Positions 28,567 through 38,378 of a DNA stretch of 64,000 nt are shown in pieces. Each line of letters starts with the position of its first letter. The stretch's first letter is position 1. Under the pieces are notes generated by a model. It was not told where the DNA came from and searched no databases. It was given only the letters and a program-made list of their open reading frames with translations. The position numbers and the translations under genes are program-made. This DNA is from Elusimicrobiota bacterium (GTDB lineage: Bacteria; Elusimicrobiota; Elusimicrobia; UBA1565; UBA9628), in the NCBI GenBank assembly GCA_031423795.1, contig JANPGH010000114.1:14153-78152 (forward strand). The letters run 5' to 3'.

Positions 28567-30012
28567 TCAACGAAGTGCGCGTAGCCCGTCGGCTGAACTT
28601 AGCAATAGCATCTCGCGGTCGTTTGCGAGACGGGCTTTGATCAGGCGCAACGGCGCGCCGAATACCTCGTCATAGACCGGGTTTCCGGCGGCGTCGATGA
28701 GCAGCAGCCGCCAGCGGGGCACTCCCGTCGGCCCCGCCGCGAGGAGGGCCAGCAGCGGCTTGTCCGAGGCGGAGGCGCGCAGGCTTTCGGCAGAGATAAG
28801 GTGCATCGGTGGGAAGGGATATTCGAAAGTCGACTTGCCGTCTAGTCCCACGATACGCGCGGTCGTTCGCCCGATGACCAATTCGCGCGCGGTGGGCCAG
28901 TCGACCACGGCGACGGGGTCTTCGCGGATGCTAAGCGGGATTTGTCCTAAGATGACGCCGTTTTCATCCCAAATTTTGGCGCCGCCCCCGAACTCGCGGG
29001 TCACGATCCAAGCGGAGGAACTCTTGGTGCGAGGGGTTAGCGCCAAGATTTGGGGGGAGCGCGCGGGACGACTCCACACTGCAGCGCCATCCTTATCGAG
29101 GCGCAAGAAGGCGTTGCCGGTGGTCGCGTAAAACGCGGGCCCGTTTCCGTCAAGATCGGCCGGGAGTAAGGACGTCGGCGGGAGCTTTTCGTCCGGATGA
29201 TAGTTCCAAAGGAGCTTTCCATCCAGCTCTCGAACCTCGGTATCTGAAAATCCACCGCCGGTCTGGACGAGGACCACGCGGCCCTCCATCCGGATGAGAG
29301 TCGAAAACCAATTCCACCGCACGTCGGGGCCAAAGCCGAAGCGGCCTTTCGGCGCCAAATTTTCCGCGTTATAAAGATCGGCGCCATGTTCGCCGATCAC
29401 GGCGATTTCATCTCCGGAGCGGCCATCGAATTCCCCGGTCAGGTGCCAGCCCGGAACGCCCGAAACCAGCACCTTGCGAAATGCGTCTTCGCCCAGAATG
29501 ACGCGCGGTTCGCCGATCGTTCGTAGTGCCGCGCGGCGCGAGGCTTGTGCCGTCGGCAATAGATCCGGCCGAGACAGTCCCACGCATAACAGGGCAAGCG
29601 CCGCCCCGAATGTTACCGCCGAAGCGGCCCGCAGCGCGGCGCTTGAGCCGCGCCACGCGTTGCCTAGCAGCTTGCCAGCTATGGCTCCGATCGGGAGTGC
29701 TACCGCCAAGATCAGACCCGGAGAGAAAAGCAGCCCCATAGCGGCAGTTGAGTGTTTTGCGAATAAGAAGATGCTCGCGCGCAGTCCGGCTTCTGCGGCG
29801 AGCGCGATCGCGCCGGCCCCGACGAAAATCCATGGGTCCCGCAGCCGTTTCAAGCGGCTTGCCGCCCATAAAACCACGTAGGGAGTAAAGCCCCAAAGTG
29901 TTACGCCGACGACAAAAGCCGAGGGCGCGCCCGCGGTGAGGTTGCTTCCCAAGACGAGGGCCATTCCGAGCAAGGCGAACACGGCGGCGACAAATTGGGT
30001 TCGGGTGGTCAT
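28567..30012 (-). CDS. Membrane-anchored hypothetical protein. N-terminal multi-TM region, C-terminal beta-propeller-like repeats.
   Basis: Start assigned to MTTRTQFVAAVFALLG. That ATG overlaps the upstream transporter's TGA (ATGA at 30009-30012). Four or five TM helices, then a ~330-aa Gly/Trp-rich repeat region. Confidence 0.5.
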   Translation of the reverse strand: MTTRTQFVAAVFALLGMALVLGSNLTAGAPSAFVVGVTLWGFTPYVVLWAASRLKRLRDPWIFVGAGAIALAAEAGLRASIFLFAKHSTAAMGLLFSPGLILAVALPIGAIAGKLLGNAWRGSSAALRAASAVTFGAALALLCVGLSRPDLLPTAQASRRAALRTIGEPRVILGEDAFRKVLVSGVPGWHLTGEFDGRSGDEIAVIGEHGADLYNAENLAPKGRFGFGPDVRWNWFSTLIRMEGRVVLVQTGGGFSDTEVRELDGKLLWNYHPDEKLPPTSLLPADLDGNGPAFYATTGNAFLRLDKDGAAVWSRPARSPQILALTPRTKSSSAWIVTREFGGGAKIWDENGVILGQIPLSIREDPVAVVDWPTARELVIGRTTARIVGLDGKSTFEYPFPPMHLISAESLRASASDKPLLALLAAGPTGVPRWRLLLIDAAGNPVYDEVFGAPLRLIKARLANDREMLLLSSADGLRALR

Positions 30013-31661
30013 GAGAACAAGGACACAAGAAGCTGTGCTAGGAGAATACGGGAAATCATCACCGCCGGGTATACCGCCGAATAGGCGATCGCGGACGCGT
30101 TCGACGCTTTGATGGAGTCGGCAAAACCCAGTGCCGTTCCGCTGTTCACGCTTCCCGCGAGTAGGCCGCACAACGTCATGAAGTTCATTCCGCGGTGCTT
30201 TCGCGCGTACCAGCCCACCACCAAGGGTGGGATCACGGTAATCAACAACCCGAGCCCCATCCAGGTGAGTCCCGGGCCGCCGATGATCACCTTGACCAAG
30301 CTGTCCCCCGAATTGAGGCCCACGCATGCCAAGAATATCACGATTCCGATTTCGCGTAAAACGAGACTCGAGTTTCGCGGCAGGTGCCAGCTCATTTTCC
30401 CGATGCTGCCGAAATGACTTAGGATCAGCGCGACGAGCAGCGGGCCGCCGGCGGCGCCAAGCTTAATCGGTGCGGCAAAGCCAGGGACCGGAATCGGCGT
30501 ACTGCCCAGGATCACGCCCAAGGCGACGCCGATGAAGATCGGCAAGATCTGAGGTCGGCCCAGCGTGTCCATCGAATCGCCGAGCTCAAACGACACTCCC
30601 TCGATCGCGTCGGCTTCGCCGACGATCAGCAATTGGTCGCCGTACTGTAGTTTCAGATCGGATCCGGGAACAAATTCCACGTCGGGGCGCTGGATACGCG
30701 CGACCGTGACGCCATGAAAGTTCTGGATTTCGCCAATCGTGACGCCCACCGCTTTTTTATGGGTCACGACGATCTTGCGACTGACGAGGTTCGAGGGGAT
30801 TTCCCGCAAGTCCTTGTCCGAGTCCGGGCCGATCAGGAGGCTGGCGGCGGCCACCGCGCGAGCCTTGCCCACCACACGCACGACATCGCCGACGCGAACG
30901 ATCGTCGTGGGCGAGGCCAGGCGGACGTGACCGTCCTGTAAGATTCGGGTGATAACGACATTCGATTCCTCCAACATATGAATGGAGCGAATCGGTAGTC
31001 CATTGATGTTCGTGTTGCGGACTTCGAGGTCCTTGGCGATCGGGGCGTCGGCCGCGGCCTTCTGCGCCTCCAGGAACGCGCGCGCCTCGTCGGAAACATC
31101 GATGCGAAAGAAACGCTTGAGAAAAAGCATGCAGAAATTGACCCCTAAGATTCCAAACGGATAGGCGACCGCATAACCCAGGGCGGGCAGTTTCGATGCC
31201 TGGCGAGTGAGATCAGGAAGGGAGCTCAAAGATTGCTGTGCTGCCGCCAACGAAGGGGTGCTGGTGGTTGCGCCCGTCAACAATCCCACGGCCAACGGCA
31301 TGTCCGCCAGTTTGAATATGATGATACCCGCGGTCATGGCGCCACCCATGGCGACGACGGCGCCTGCGAGAAGGTTTAGGTGCAGGCCCTGGTTTTGTAG
31401 CGAAGCGACAAACGAGGGACCCACTTCCAAACCGACCGAGTACACGAATAGAGCCAAAGCCGCGTCGCGCAAGAAAAATAACACTTTCTCATCGATGTTC
31501 GCCCCGTAGTGCGCGGACAGGATGCCGGTAAATAACACGCCGACGATGCCAAGACGGATACCCCGCACGCGCACGCCGCCAATTCCCAGCCCCGTTGCAA
31601 TGACGATGCTTAGGACCAGGAGGTCATGCGCGACTGAGCCGGGGTCGATGAATTTCGTCAT
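30009..31661 (-). CDS. AspT/YidE/YbjL-family transporter
   Basis: MTKFIDPGSVAHDLLVLSIVIATGLGIGGVRVRGIRLGIVGVLFTGI..., duplicated transporter halves separated by two TrkA-C/RCK_C-like cytoplasmic domains. Confidence 0.78.
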   Translation of the reverse strand: MTKFIDPGSVAHDLLVLSIVIATGLGIGGVRVRGIRLGIVGVLFTGILSAHYGANIDEKVLFFLRDAALALFVYSVGLEVGPSFVASLQNQGLHLNLLAGAVVAMGGAMTAGIIIFKLADMPLAVGLLTGATTSTPSLAAAQQSLSSLPDLTRQASKLPALGYAVAYPFGILGVNFCMLFLKRFFRIDVSDEARAFLEAQKAAADAPIAKDLEVRNTNINGLPIRSIHMLEESNVVITRILQDGHVRLASPTTIVRVGDVVRVVGKARAVAAASLLIGPDSDKDLREIPSNLVSRKIVVTHKKAVGVTIGEIQNFHGVTVARIQRPDVEFVPGSDLKLQYGDQLLIVGEADAIEGVSFELGDSMDTLGRPQILPIFIGVALGVILGSTPIPVPGFAAPIKLGAAGGPLLVALILSHFGSIGKMSWHLPRNSSLVLREIGIVIFLACVGLNSGDSLVKVIIGGPGLTWMGLGLLITVIPPLVVGWYARKHRGMNFMTLCGLLAGSVNSGTALGFADSIKASNASAIAYSAVYPAVMISRILLAQLLVSLFS

Positions 31662-31665
31662 GGAA

Positions 31666-32358
31666 TCAACGCAGGTGGCCGCCGTCCATGCGCAATACGC
31701 GGTCCGAGGCGCGGGCGAAAGGTTCATCGTGTGTGACGAGCACGACCGCGGCGTTTTTTTCGCGTGCCGCGCGGCGTAAATCGGCAAAGACTTTCGCCCC
31801 GTTTTCGGCGTCCAGATTTCCAGTCGGTTCGTCGGCGAGGATGACCGCGGGCGCGTTGGCCAGCGCGCGGGCGATTGCGGCGCGCTGGCGTTCTCCGCCG
31901 GACGTCTGGGAGGGGAAGCGATCGCGGAGTGCGGCGACCCCCAAGGAATCTAAAAGTCCCAATGCCCGATCATGCGCCGCCGATTCGGTTTCGGCGGATA
32001 AACCGCGCGCTTGGGCGATGCGCATCGGCATGAGCACGTTCTCAAACACGGTAAATTCTGGTAAAAGCGAGTCGAACTGAAAAACGAATCCGAGGTGCTC
32101 GTTTCGTAGGCGCGAGCGTTTATCGTCGTCGAGTTTCCCCGCATCGACGCCAGCCAGGCTCAGGCTTCCGGAGTCTGGGCGGTCCATCAAGCCGAGCAAA
32201 TTTAGCAAAGTCGACTTTCCGGAGCCGCTAGGCCCCAGGATGGCGATGAACTCGCCCGGTTCCACGCGCAAGTCGACCCCACGCAAAACCGGAGTTGAGG
32301 TTGGACCGGCGCCATAGGATTTGGCCACCGCGCGCGCCCAAATGGCCGACTCAGCCAT
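31666..32358 (-). CDS. lolD: ABC transporter ATP-binding protein (LolD/MacB-type)
   Basis: Walker A GPSGSGKSTLLN, ABC signature LSGGERQRAAIARAL, Walker B VILADEPTGNLD. Confidence 0.85.
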   Translation of the reverse strand: MAESAIWARAVAKSYGAGPTSTPVLRGVDLRVEPGEFIAILGPSGSGKSTLLNLLGLMDRPDSGSLSLAGVDAGKLDDDKRSRLRNEHLGFVFQFDSLLPEFTVFENVLMPMRIAQARGLSAETESAAHDRALGLLDSLGVAALRDRFPSQTSGGERQRAAIARALANAPAVILADEPTGNLDAENGAKVFADLRRAAREKNAAVVLVTHDEPFARASDRVLRMDGGHLR

Positions 32359-33568
32359 AATGGATGGCCTCCACGGGATCCGATTGCGCGGCGCGGCGGG
32401 CGGGGTAGACCGTCGCAATTAGCGTCAAGGCCAATCCCATCAGGGTCACGGCGGCGACGTCCCATCCGTGAATGTCCACCGGAACTCGAGTCAAGTAATA
32501 AATGTCCCCGGGCAGCTCGACAATGGGAAACGTCGCGATTGCCCAGCACAGAAAAAAGCCCAGAGCCATTCCTGCCGCGACTCCGGAGCCGCCGATCAGC
32601 AGGCCTTCGATCAGGAAAATTTTTTCGATCATTTTCGCAGGCGCACCCATCGCCTTGAGTAGCCCAATGTCCCGCGTTTTTTCAACCGAGCGCAGAATTT
32701 GTGTCGACGCAATATTCAGTGAGGCGACCAACGTGATCAGCGTCAGAATGATGAACATCACCGTTTTCTCAAGCTTGAGTGCTGCAAACAGTGTTTGGTT
32801 CATCTGGGCATAGGTCCGCACCGGCCGACGGAAACCCAGCGAGGCGCGCAATCGGCGCGCGACCGCGTCAGCGCGCCGCAAATCACGCAGGCGCAGGCCC
32901 AGGCCCGATGCTCCCGCTTCGACGCCCAGAAATTTAGAAGTCGTGCCGATTTCGGCCCAGGCGGTGCCATTGTCATACTCGTAGTAGCCGGTCTTCAGCA
33001 GTCCCGTTACCCGGAAACGCTGCATCTTGGGGAGAAGCCCTAAGGGAGTTGCGATGCTCTTAGGCGAAACCAATACGACTTCTCCTCCGACATCGACGGA
33101 CATGCGATCGGCGAGCTCCGAGCCCAGGACTATGCCGGGCGTCTTGCCGCCGGAGAGCCCCGTCCAATTTCCGGCGACGAGCTTGCGCGCCAAATCGTTG
33201 ACGGCGAATTCGCGGTCCGTGTTAAGTCCCTTCAGAATCAGCCCGATCGACCGTCCTCCGCTGGTCAAAATCGCCTGGCCGAGCACGAATGGCGCGGTGG
33301 CGACGACATCCGCGTCGGCGCGGGCGAGACGGTCCATCTCCGTAAGATCCGCGCTCGATTGGGCGCCGTAGAGGCTGACATGGGCTTGTGCTCCGACGAT
33401 CTTTCGCTGGATGTCGGCCTGGAAACCGTTCATCACCGACAGGGTCGTGATCAGTGCCGCGACGCCCACGGTTACTCCCGCCACGCCGATGGCGGTCGTG
33501 ACGACGGCGAACAGCCCCTTACGCTTCGCCCGGAGATAGCGGGTCGCGATAAACAGCTCGAGCTTCAG
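32351..33568 (-). CDS. LolC/LolE-family (FtsX-like) ABC permease. The conserved N-terminus lacks a canonical start; the probable CTG start overlaps the lysS stop.
   Basis: The frame is open from 33568 and encodes LKLELFIATRYLRAKRKGLFAVVTTAIGVAGVTVGVAALITTLSVMNGFQ, the hallmark LolC/E N-terminus. No ATG, GTG or TTG occurs before the GTG at 33484, which lies inside TM1. The CTG at 33568-33566 overlaps the lysS TGA (CTGA). Confidence 0.75.
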   Translation of the reverse strand: MKLELFIATRYLRAKRKGLFAVVTTAIGVAGVTVGVAALITTLSVMNGFQADIQRKIVGAQAHVSLYGAQSSADLTEMDRLARADADVVATAPFVLGQAILTSGGRSIGLILKGLNTDREFAVNDLARKLVAGNWTGLSGGKTPGIVLGSELADRMSVDVGGEVVLVSPKSIATPLGLLPKMQRFRVTGLLKTGYYEYDNGTAWAEIGTTSKFLGVEAGASGLGLRLRDLRRADAVARRLRASLGFRRPVRTYAQMNQTLFAALKLEKTVMFIILTLITLVASLNIASTQILRSVEKTRDIGLLKAMGAPAKMIEKIFLIEGLLIGGSGVAAGMALGFFLCWAIATFPIVELPGDIYYLTRVPVDIHGWDVAAVTLMGLALTLIATVYPARRAAQSDPVEAIHYG

Positions 33569-35109
33569 ATCTTCGCCTCGTGCTTCAAGGTTGGAAAGAG
33601 AATTACGTCGCGGATGGAGTCGGACCCAGTCAGCATCATCGTGATGCGGTCGATGCCAATTCCGATACCGCCCATCGGCGGCATGCCAGTCTCCATTGCC
33701 TGGACGAAGTCCTCATCGAGGAGGTCGGCCTCCGCATCACCGGCGTCTTTTTGGCGCAGCTGCTCGGCGAGGCGGTCGCGTTGATCTTGGGGATCGTTGA
33801 GCTCGGAGTACGCGTTCGAAAGTTCCTGGCCCGCCGCGAAGCACTCAAATCGCTCGACGAGCGCCTCGGTTCCCGGCTTGAGCTTGGCCAGCGGCGTGAT
33901 CGCCGTCGGGTGATCGAATAGGAACGTCGGCTGTTGGAGCAAATCCTCGACTTTCGCTTCCAAAATTCGGTCGAACAGCTTAGCACTCGGCGTTTTCTCG
34001 CCGGCATGAATGCCGAGCCTAGCTGCCAACGCCATCAGGCCTGGGCGATTAAAGCTTTTGCCGTGGAGGACGTTCTCGATTGGCTCGCCGCAGCGCTCCT
34101 TCCACACTTCGGGCAAATAAAGACGCCGGAACGGCGGCTTGAGGTTGATTTTGACGCCGCGCCAGTCGATTTCGCTCACGCCGCAGGCATCGGCGCATTC
34201 CCCGAGCAAGGTCTCGAACAGAGCCGCCATGCCCTCATAATCCGAATAGGCTTCGTAGGCCTCGAGCATGGTGAATTCAGGATTGTGCCGAGTATCAATT
34301 CCCTCGTTGCGGAACACGCGGCCGATTTCATACACGCGGTCCAAACCGCCGATCACGAGTTTTTTCAGGTACAGCTCGGTCGCGATGCGCAGAACCATGT
34401 CTTGGTTGAGAGCGTTATGACGTGTGTGGAATGGACGGGCGGAGGCGCCTCCCGCCTGAGAAAGGAGTACGGGGGTTTCGACCTCAATATAACCGCGCTC
34501 ATCTAAAACGCGGCGTAGGGTCGCGACGATCTTGGCGCGCTTGAGGAAAACCTCGCGCGTGTGCGGTGTCGCGATCAAGTCGAGGTGGCGCTGGCGGTAG
34601 CGCAGGTCCACGTCGGTCAGGCCGTGCCATTTTTCCGGCATCGGGCGCAGGGCCTTGGCCAGCAAGGTGACCGATTCGACGGCGACGGTGGGCTCGCCGG
34701 TCTTCGTGCGGAACACGGAGCCCGACACGGAAAGAAAGTCACCGACATGAATATCTTTTTTGATCAAGCTGAACGCGGCTTCAGGCAACGCGTCTTTCTT
34801 GAAATAGACTTGGGCGCGACCCGACAGGTCCGCCAGGCGGGCGAAAATCGATTTTCCCATGTCGCGCAGCTCGACTAAGCGCCCGGCGATCGAGACTTTC
34901 TCCGCCGAATGGGAGGCCGGCTCCGTCAGCGTCGCCGCGAGGGCCACGACCTTCGCGCAGTCGTGCTGGCGCGTGGTGCGCGCTGGGTACGGATCGATGC
35001 CGCGCTCGCGCAGTTCGGCCGTCTTCGCCTTCTTTGTGGCGATCAACTCCTCGATGCCGCCGTTTTCGGCGGGGTCAGGAGTTTGACGCGCGGCGACGGG
35101 GTCAGCCAT
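33565..35109 (-). CDS. lysS: Lysine--tRNA ligase (class II)
   Basis: OB-fold N-terminus followed by class II motifs (...FRNEGIDTRHNPEFTMLE..., GGIGIGIDRITMML). Confidence 0.92.
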   Translation of the reverse strand: MADPVAARQTPDPAENGGIEELIATKKAKTAELRERGIDPYPARTTRQHDCAKVVALAATLTEPASHSAEKVSIAGRLVELRDMGKSIFARLADLSGRAQVYFKKDALPEAAFSLIKKDIHVGDFLSVSGSVFRTKTGEPTVAVESVTLLAKALRPMPEKWHGLTDVDLRYRQRHLDLIATPHTREVFLKRAKIVATLRRVLDERGYIEVETPVLLSQAGGASARPFHTRHNALNQDMVLRIATELYLKKLVIGGLDRVYEIGRVFRNEGIDTRHNPEFTMLEAYEAYSDYEGMAALFETLLGECADACGVSEIDWRGVKINLKPPFRRLYLPEVWKERCGEPIENVLHGKSFNRPGLMALAARLGIHAGEKTPSAKLFDRILEAKVEDLLQQPTFLFDHPTAITPLAKLKPGTEALVERFECFAAGQELSNAYSELNDPQDQRDRLAEQLRQKDAGDAEADLLDEDFVQAMETGMPPMGGIGIGIDRITMMLTGSDSIRDVILFPTLKHEAKI

Positions 35110-35506
35110 TAGGATTTTTCCTAGACGTCAGAATTCCGGAAATCAGTTCGCGCAGCATTTTCGGATCGAAAGGCTTTTGAACATAGGCCGCGACATTGGG
35201 CGCCATTTCGAAGAGGTCCCGCATTTTTTGCCCCTTTGCGGTCAGGACCAATATTGGAACGCTGCAAACCCGTGGATCAGTCTGCAGACGCATATTGAGC
35301 TCGTAACCGTCCATCACCGGCATCATGATGTCGAGCACGATCAGGTCGGGCAGCGCCAAACCGGGCTTTGCCGGCTCGACACCGAGTTTTTCCAAAGCGT
35401 CCACGCCGTGTATCGCGTTGCTGACCGTGTGGCCGTCTTGTTCCAGCACGAATCGCAGCAGGGTGACGATTTCGGGTTCATCATCGACGACCATGATCTT
35501 CGCCAT
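35102..35506 (-). CDS. Stand-alone response-regulator receiver (CheY-like)
   Basis: MAKIMVVDDEPEI...LVLDIMMPVMDGYEL...LVLTAKG. The phospho-acceptor Asp and conserved Lys are present. Confidence 0.8.
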   Translation of the reverse strand: MAKIMVVDDEPEIVTLLRFVLEQDGHTVSNAIHGVDALEKLGVEPAKPGLALPDLIVLDIMMPVMDGYELNMRLQTDPRVCSVPILVLTAKGQKMRDLFEMAPNVAAYVQKPFDPKMLRELISGILTSRKNPNG

Positions 35507-35682
35507 ATGAAAAGATCGTATCAAAGACCCGACGCGCGGGAGAAGTGGGGGAAGTACGTATCGAGGCTAAGGCATAGGGTCCTTGGTCTCAATAGTGAGA
35601 CCAAAGGTCCTAGAAGTGATTCGGTCAACCGCCATGAAGGTGCTATGATTCAATACTCCGATCTTCGATAAAGGGGAAATCA

Positions 35683-36468
35683 ATGAAGGAATTCATATTG
35701 GGAATAGGGCGCTTGCTTCCGTGTCTTGCGTTATTGCTTGCTTGCCAAACGGTGCCGGTGACGGGTCGCCGTGGCCTTATGCTGGTCAGCGTTGCGCAAG
35801 AACGGGAAATGGGCGAAAAGTCCTACCGGGAGACGCTGGCGAAATCCAAGCTTTCGACGGACGAAAAAGCCGTTGCGATGGTGCGCCGCGTCGGCAAGAA
35901 GCTGGCGGATGCTTCCGGTCGTTCGGACTTCGGCTGGGAATTCAATCTCATTGTCGAGGATAAAACGATCAACGCCTGGTGCCTGCCCGGCGGCAAGGTC
36001 GCGGTGTACACGGGCCTTCTGCCCGTGGCCAAAGATGAGGCGGGACTTGCCGTCGTGATGGGCCACGAAATCGCCCATGCGCTCGCCCGTCATGGCGCCG
36101 AGCGCATGAGCCAGGAAATGGTCGCTCAATCGGGTGCTGCCGTCCTCTCCGTGGCCCTGGCAAAGCAAGCGCCGCAGTCCCAGGATTTATATCAGCGGGC
36201 GTACGCCACTGGCGTGGGCGTGGGAGCGCTGCTTCCCTTTAGCCGCGCGCATGAAAGCGAGGCTGATCATATCGGCCTTATGCTTATGGCCAAGGCGGGA
36301 TATGATCCCGACGCCGCAGTTAATTTCTGGAGGCGCATGTCGACAGCCACCGGCGGTTCCGGCGGCGGCCTTCAAAAATATCTTTCCACGCACCCGTCAA
36401 ATGGCGATCGCATTCGGCAGATCCAGGCATGGGTTCCCGAAGCGCGCGCGGCGGCGGGCGTTCAATAA
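35683..36468 (+). CDS. M48-family zinc metallopeptidase, probable lipoprotein
   Basis: HEIAHAL (HExxH) plus a downstream ESEADH motif. N-terminal signal with lipobox-like LLACQ. Confidence 0.8.
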   Translation: MKEFILGIGRLLPCLALLLACQTVPVTGRRGLMLVSVAQEREMGEKSYRETLAKSKLSTDEKAVAMVRRVGKKLADASGRSDFGWEFNLIVEDKTINAWCLPGGKVAVYTGLLPVAKDEAGLAVVMGHEIAHALARHGAERMSQEMVAQSGAAVLSVALAKQAPQSQDLYQRAYATGVGVGALLPFSRAHESEADHIGLMLMAKAGYDPDAAVNFWRRMSTATGGSGGGLQKYLSTHPSNGDRIRQIQAWVPEARAAAGVQ

Positions 36469-36554
36469 GGTCGCGCGAAGGATTTTACCCCTGCGCTCAC
36501 TTTGTCGGCGGATAAGCTGGCGACCCGTTACCTGATCACCGCGCACCGCGGATC

Positions 36555-38378
36555 TTAATCGGTCTTTTTTTTCTCGCTGAGGTCTGCGCGGAGAAGCAAC
36601 GGCCGGGGGAATTGCAATTTCGGTTGGGCTGGGAACACTTGCCGCAATTTTCTCTGTAAGGTCTGCGAGAGCCGTGCATTTTCGAGATTGCGCGTCAGTC
36701 TGCCGTCGAACGCGGCGAAGACCGCCTCGTGACCCGCGAGCGTATAGATCATGATTTCCGCGATGATGCCGGCGTCGCCATCAGAATGGACTTTTTTCGT
36801 TTCCCGAGGGATGATTCGTTCGTCGATCAGAAATTTTAAGAGTAGCCGGCGCAAAATTCCCGTGCCCCAGCTTAGCTCTCTGTATATTTGCAGCCGCGAT
36901 ACAAATAAAACGGCGCGCGAGTCGAGAAGCCGCTGATGGGTGAACCATTTTTTGATGTAAAGCGAGTCAAAGCCTTCGCCGAGGTTTTTCGCCGCCGTGA
37001 TTAAATCCGGCTTTCCGCGCCAGGACGCTTCGGGCGTCAAGTGGCCCAGCCTTGAAAGTGTTTCAACGTAATCCAGGAATTCATTTTCGACCGCAGCGAC
37101 GGCATAGAGCGTGACCGGGGAGTTCTCGATTAAGTACGACGCGAGGGGATGCGGTTCGCCTTCCGAATTGCGACCGGTCCCTGCGTAGTTCGTGAGAACG
37201 CTGGCATCGACGAAATAGAGGACGTCTTGACCCGGCCGCGTAGCGAGGGCGTCGTCGATTTTCATTTTTTCCCGTTCCAACACCGCCGGATTTATTTGCG
37301 GAGTGTTTTGCGTTGATGAGGCTGTGGTGCGGGAGGAGGACATCCTCACAATAATGTTGGTGAGCCTGTTCCTAAGCATTTTTCGGAGGAGAGTTTCGCG
37401 CATGAACTCCACGAAATGGGTATCGTCGGTGGGGCCGTCCGTCCGCGATAGGTGCGTTCGGGCGACTTCTAACGCGTGTTTAAATTCGTAGAGCTCCGAT
37501 TTTCCCGAGATCGCCAAACGATTCAACCGCTGGGTGAATCCGAGCCGGTATCTCATTTTGACGAGCAGGGGAAGGCTGCTGACAAGGATTTTTTGCAACC
37601 AACGGTTATTGAACGGCGCAGGCACGCCCTGAAGGATGACCCTGTAACTGCTGCGGAGGTCTTGGATATAAGCAGCGAATTCCTTCTTTTCACGACGACC
37701 GATCATTTCTTGTTCGAGCGTCGTTTGGGCGTACGCGGTCGCGTTCATATGATGGTCGGCCGGTATGGGCCCCGGGGGGATCAGATGGATGGCCAGGTAG
37801 TCGTCAAAGTGCCTTGAACGCCTCTCAGTGAGGCCAGCCAGCATCGGATCCGTTTTTGACGGGGAGTCCGCGGGGAGCGGTGAATGGGTATAACATGATT
37901 TTCCGTCGAAGAGAAGTTCAAAATCGATGTTGAGGCGTTCGCTGCGCAATCGTTCCAATTGCCATCGCAATTCGGAATCTTTTTTCGCCCTTTCTTGAAG
38001 ACTGTGCGCGACCGCCGGAAGCAGGGCCACGTTTTCCGATCCGATATAACGTTCCAGCCGTTCACGATGCGCGGGATCGGCGAGGGTGCTTTGCGCGTCG
38101 TCAGGACCTACCGCGTAAAGGATTGCCCGGGCCGCCAGCTTATCTGCCGACAAAGTGGGAGCTAAGGCAAAAGCTGCGTCTGTCAAATTTTTGAGATGCT
38201 CGGGACCGATCCCCGCCTGAAGCGGCACCAGCCTTGCAGAGACGGCGGCCTGGAAGTGAGGGAGGGCCGGCAATTTCGCCTTTTGCATTGGGATCGCACC
38301 AGCAGTGAGCGGCAGCATCGCGAGCGCGATCATGACGGCGAGACGTCGATCATGGGTGCATCCCATATCTTCCCTCAA
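36555..38378 (-). CDS. Hypothetical secreted protein, 607 aa, with a C-terminal PIN-like region
   Basis: N-terminal signal peptide (LAVMIALAMLPLTAGA). The C-terminal ~180 aa show spaced acidic residues in a PIN-like arrangement (VLYFVDASVL ... AVENEF ... SDGDAGIIAEIM ... AAFDGRL). Confidence 0.5.
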   Translation of the reverse strand: MREDMGCTHDRRLAVMIALAMLPLTAGAIPMQKAKLPALPHFQAAVSARLVPLQAGIGPEHLKNLTDAAFALAPTLSADKLAARAILYAVGPDDAQSTLADPAHRERLERYIGSENVALLPAVAHSLQERAKKDSELRWQLERLRSERLNIDFELLFDGKSCYTHSPLPADSPSKTDPMLAGLTERRSRHFDDYLAIHLIPPGPIPADHHMNATAYAQTTLEQEMIGRREKKEFAAYIQDLRSSYRVILQGVPAPFNNRWLQKILVSSLPLLVKMRYRLGFTQRLNRLAISGKSELYEFKHALEVARTHLSRTDGPTDDTHFVEFMRETLLRKMLRNRLTNIIVRMSSSRTTASSTQNTPQINPAVLEREKMKIDDALATRPGQDVLYFVDASVLTNYAGTGRNSEGEPHPLASYLIENSPVTLYAVAAVENEFLDYVETLSRLGHLTPEASWRGKPDLITAAKNLGEGFDSLYIKKWFTHQRLLDSRAVLFVSRLQIYRELSWGTGILRRLLLKFLIDERIIPRETKKVHSDGDAGIIAEIMIYTLAGHEAVFAAFDGRLTRNLENARLSQTLQRKLRQVFPAQPKLQFPRPLLLRADLSEKKKTD

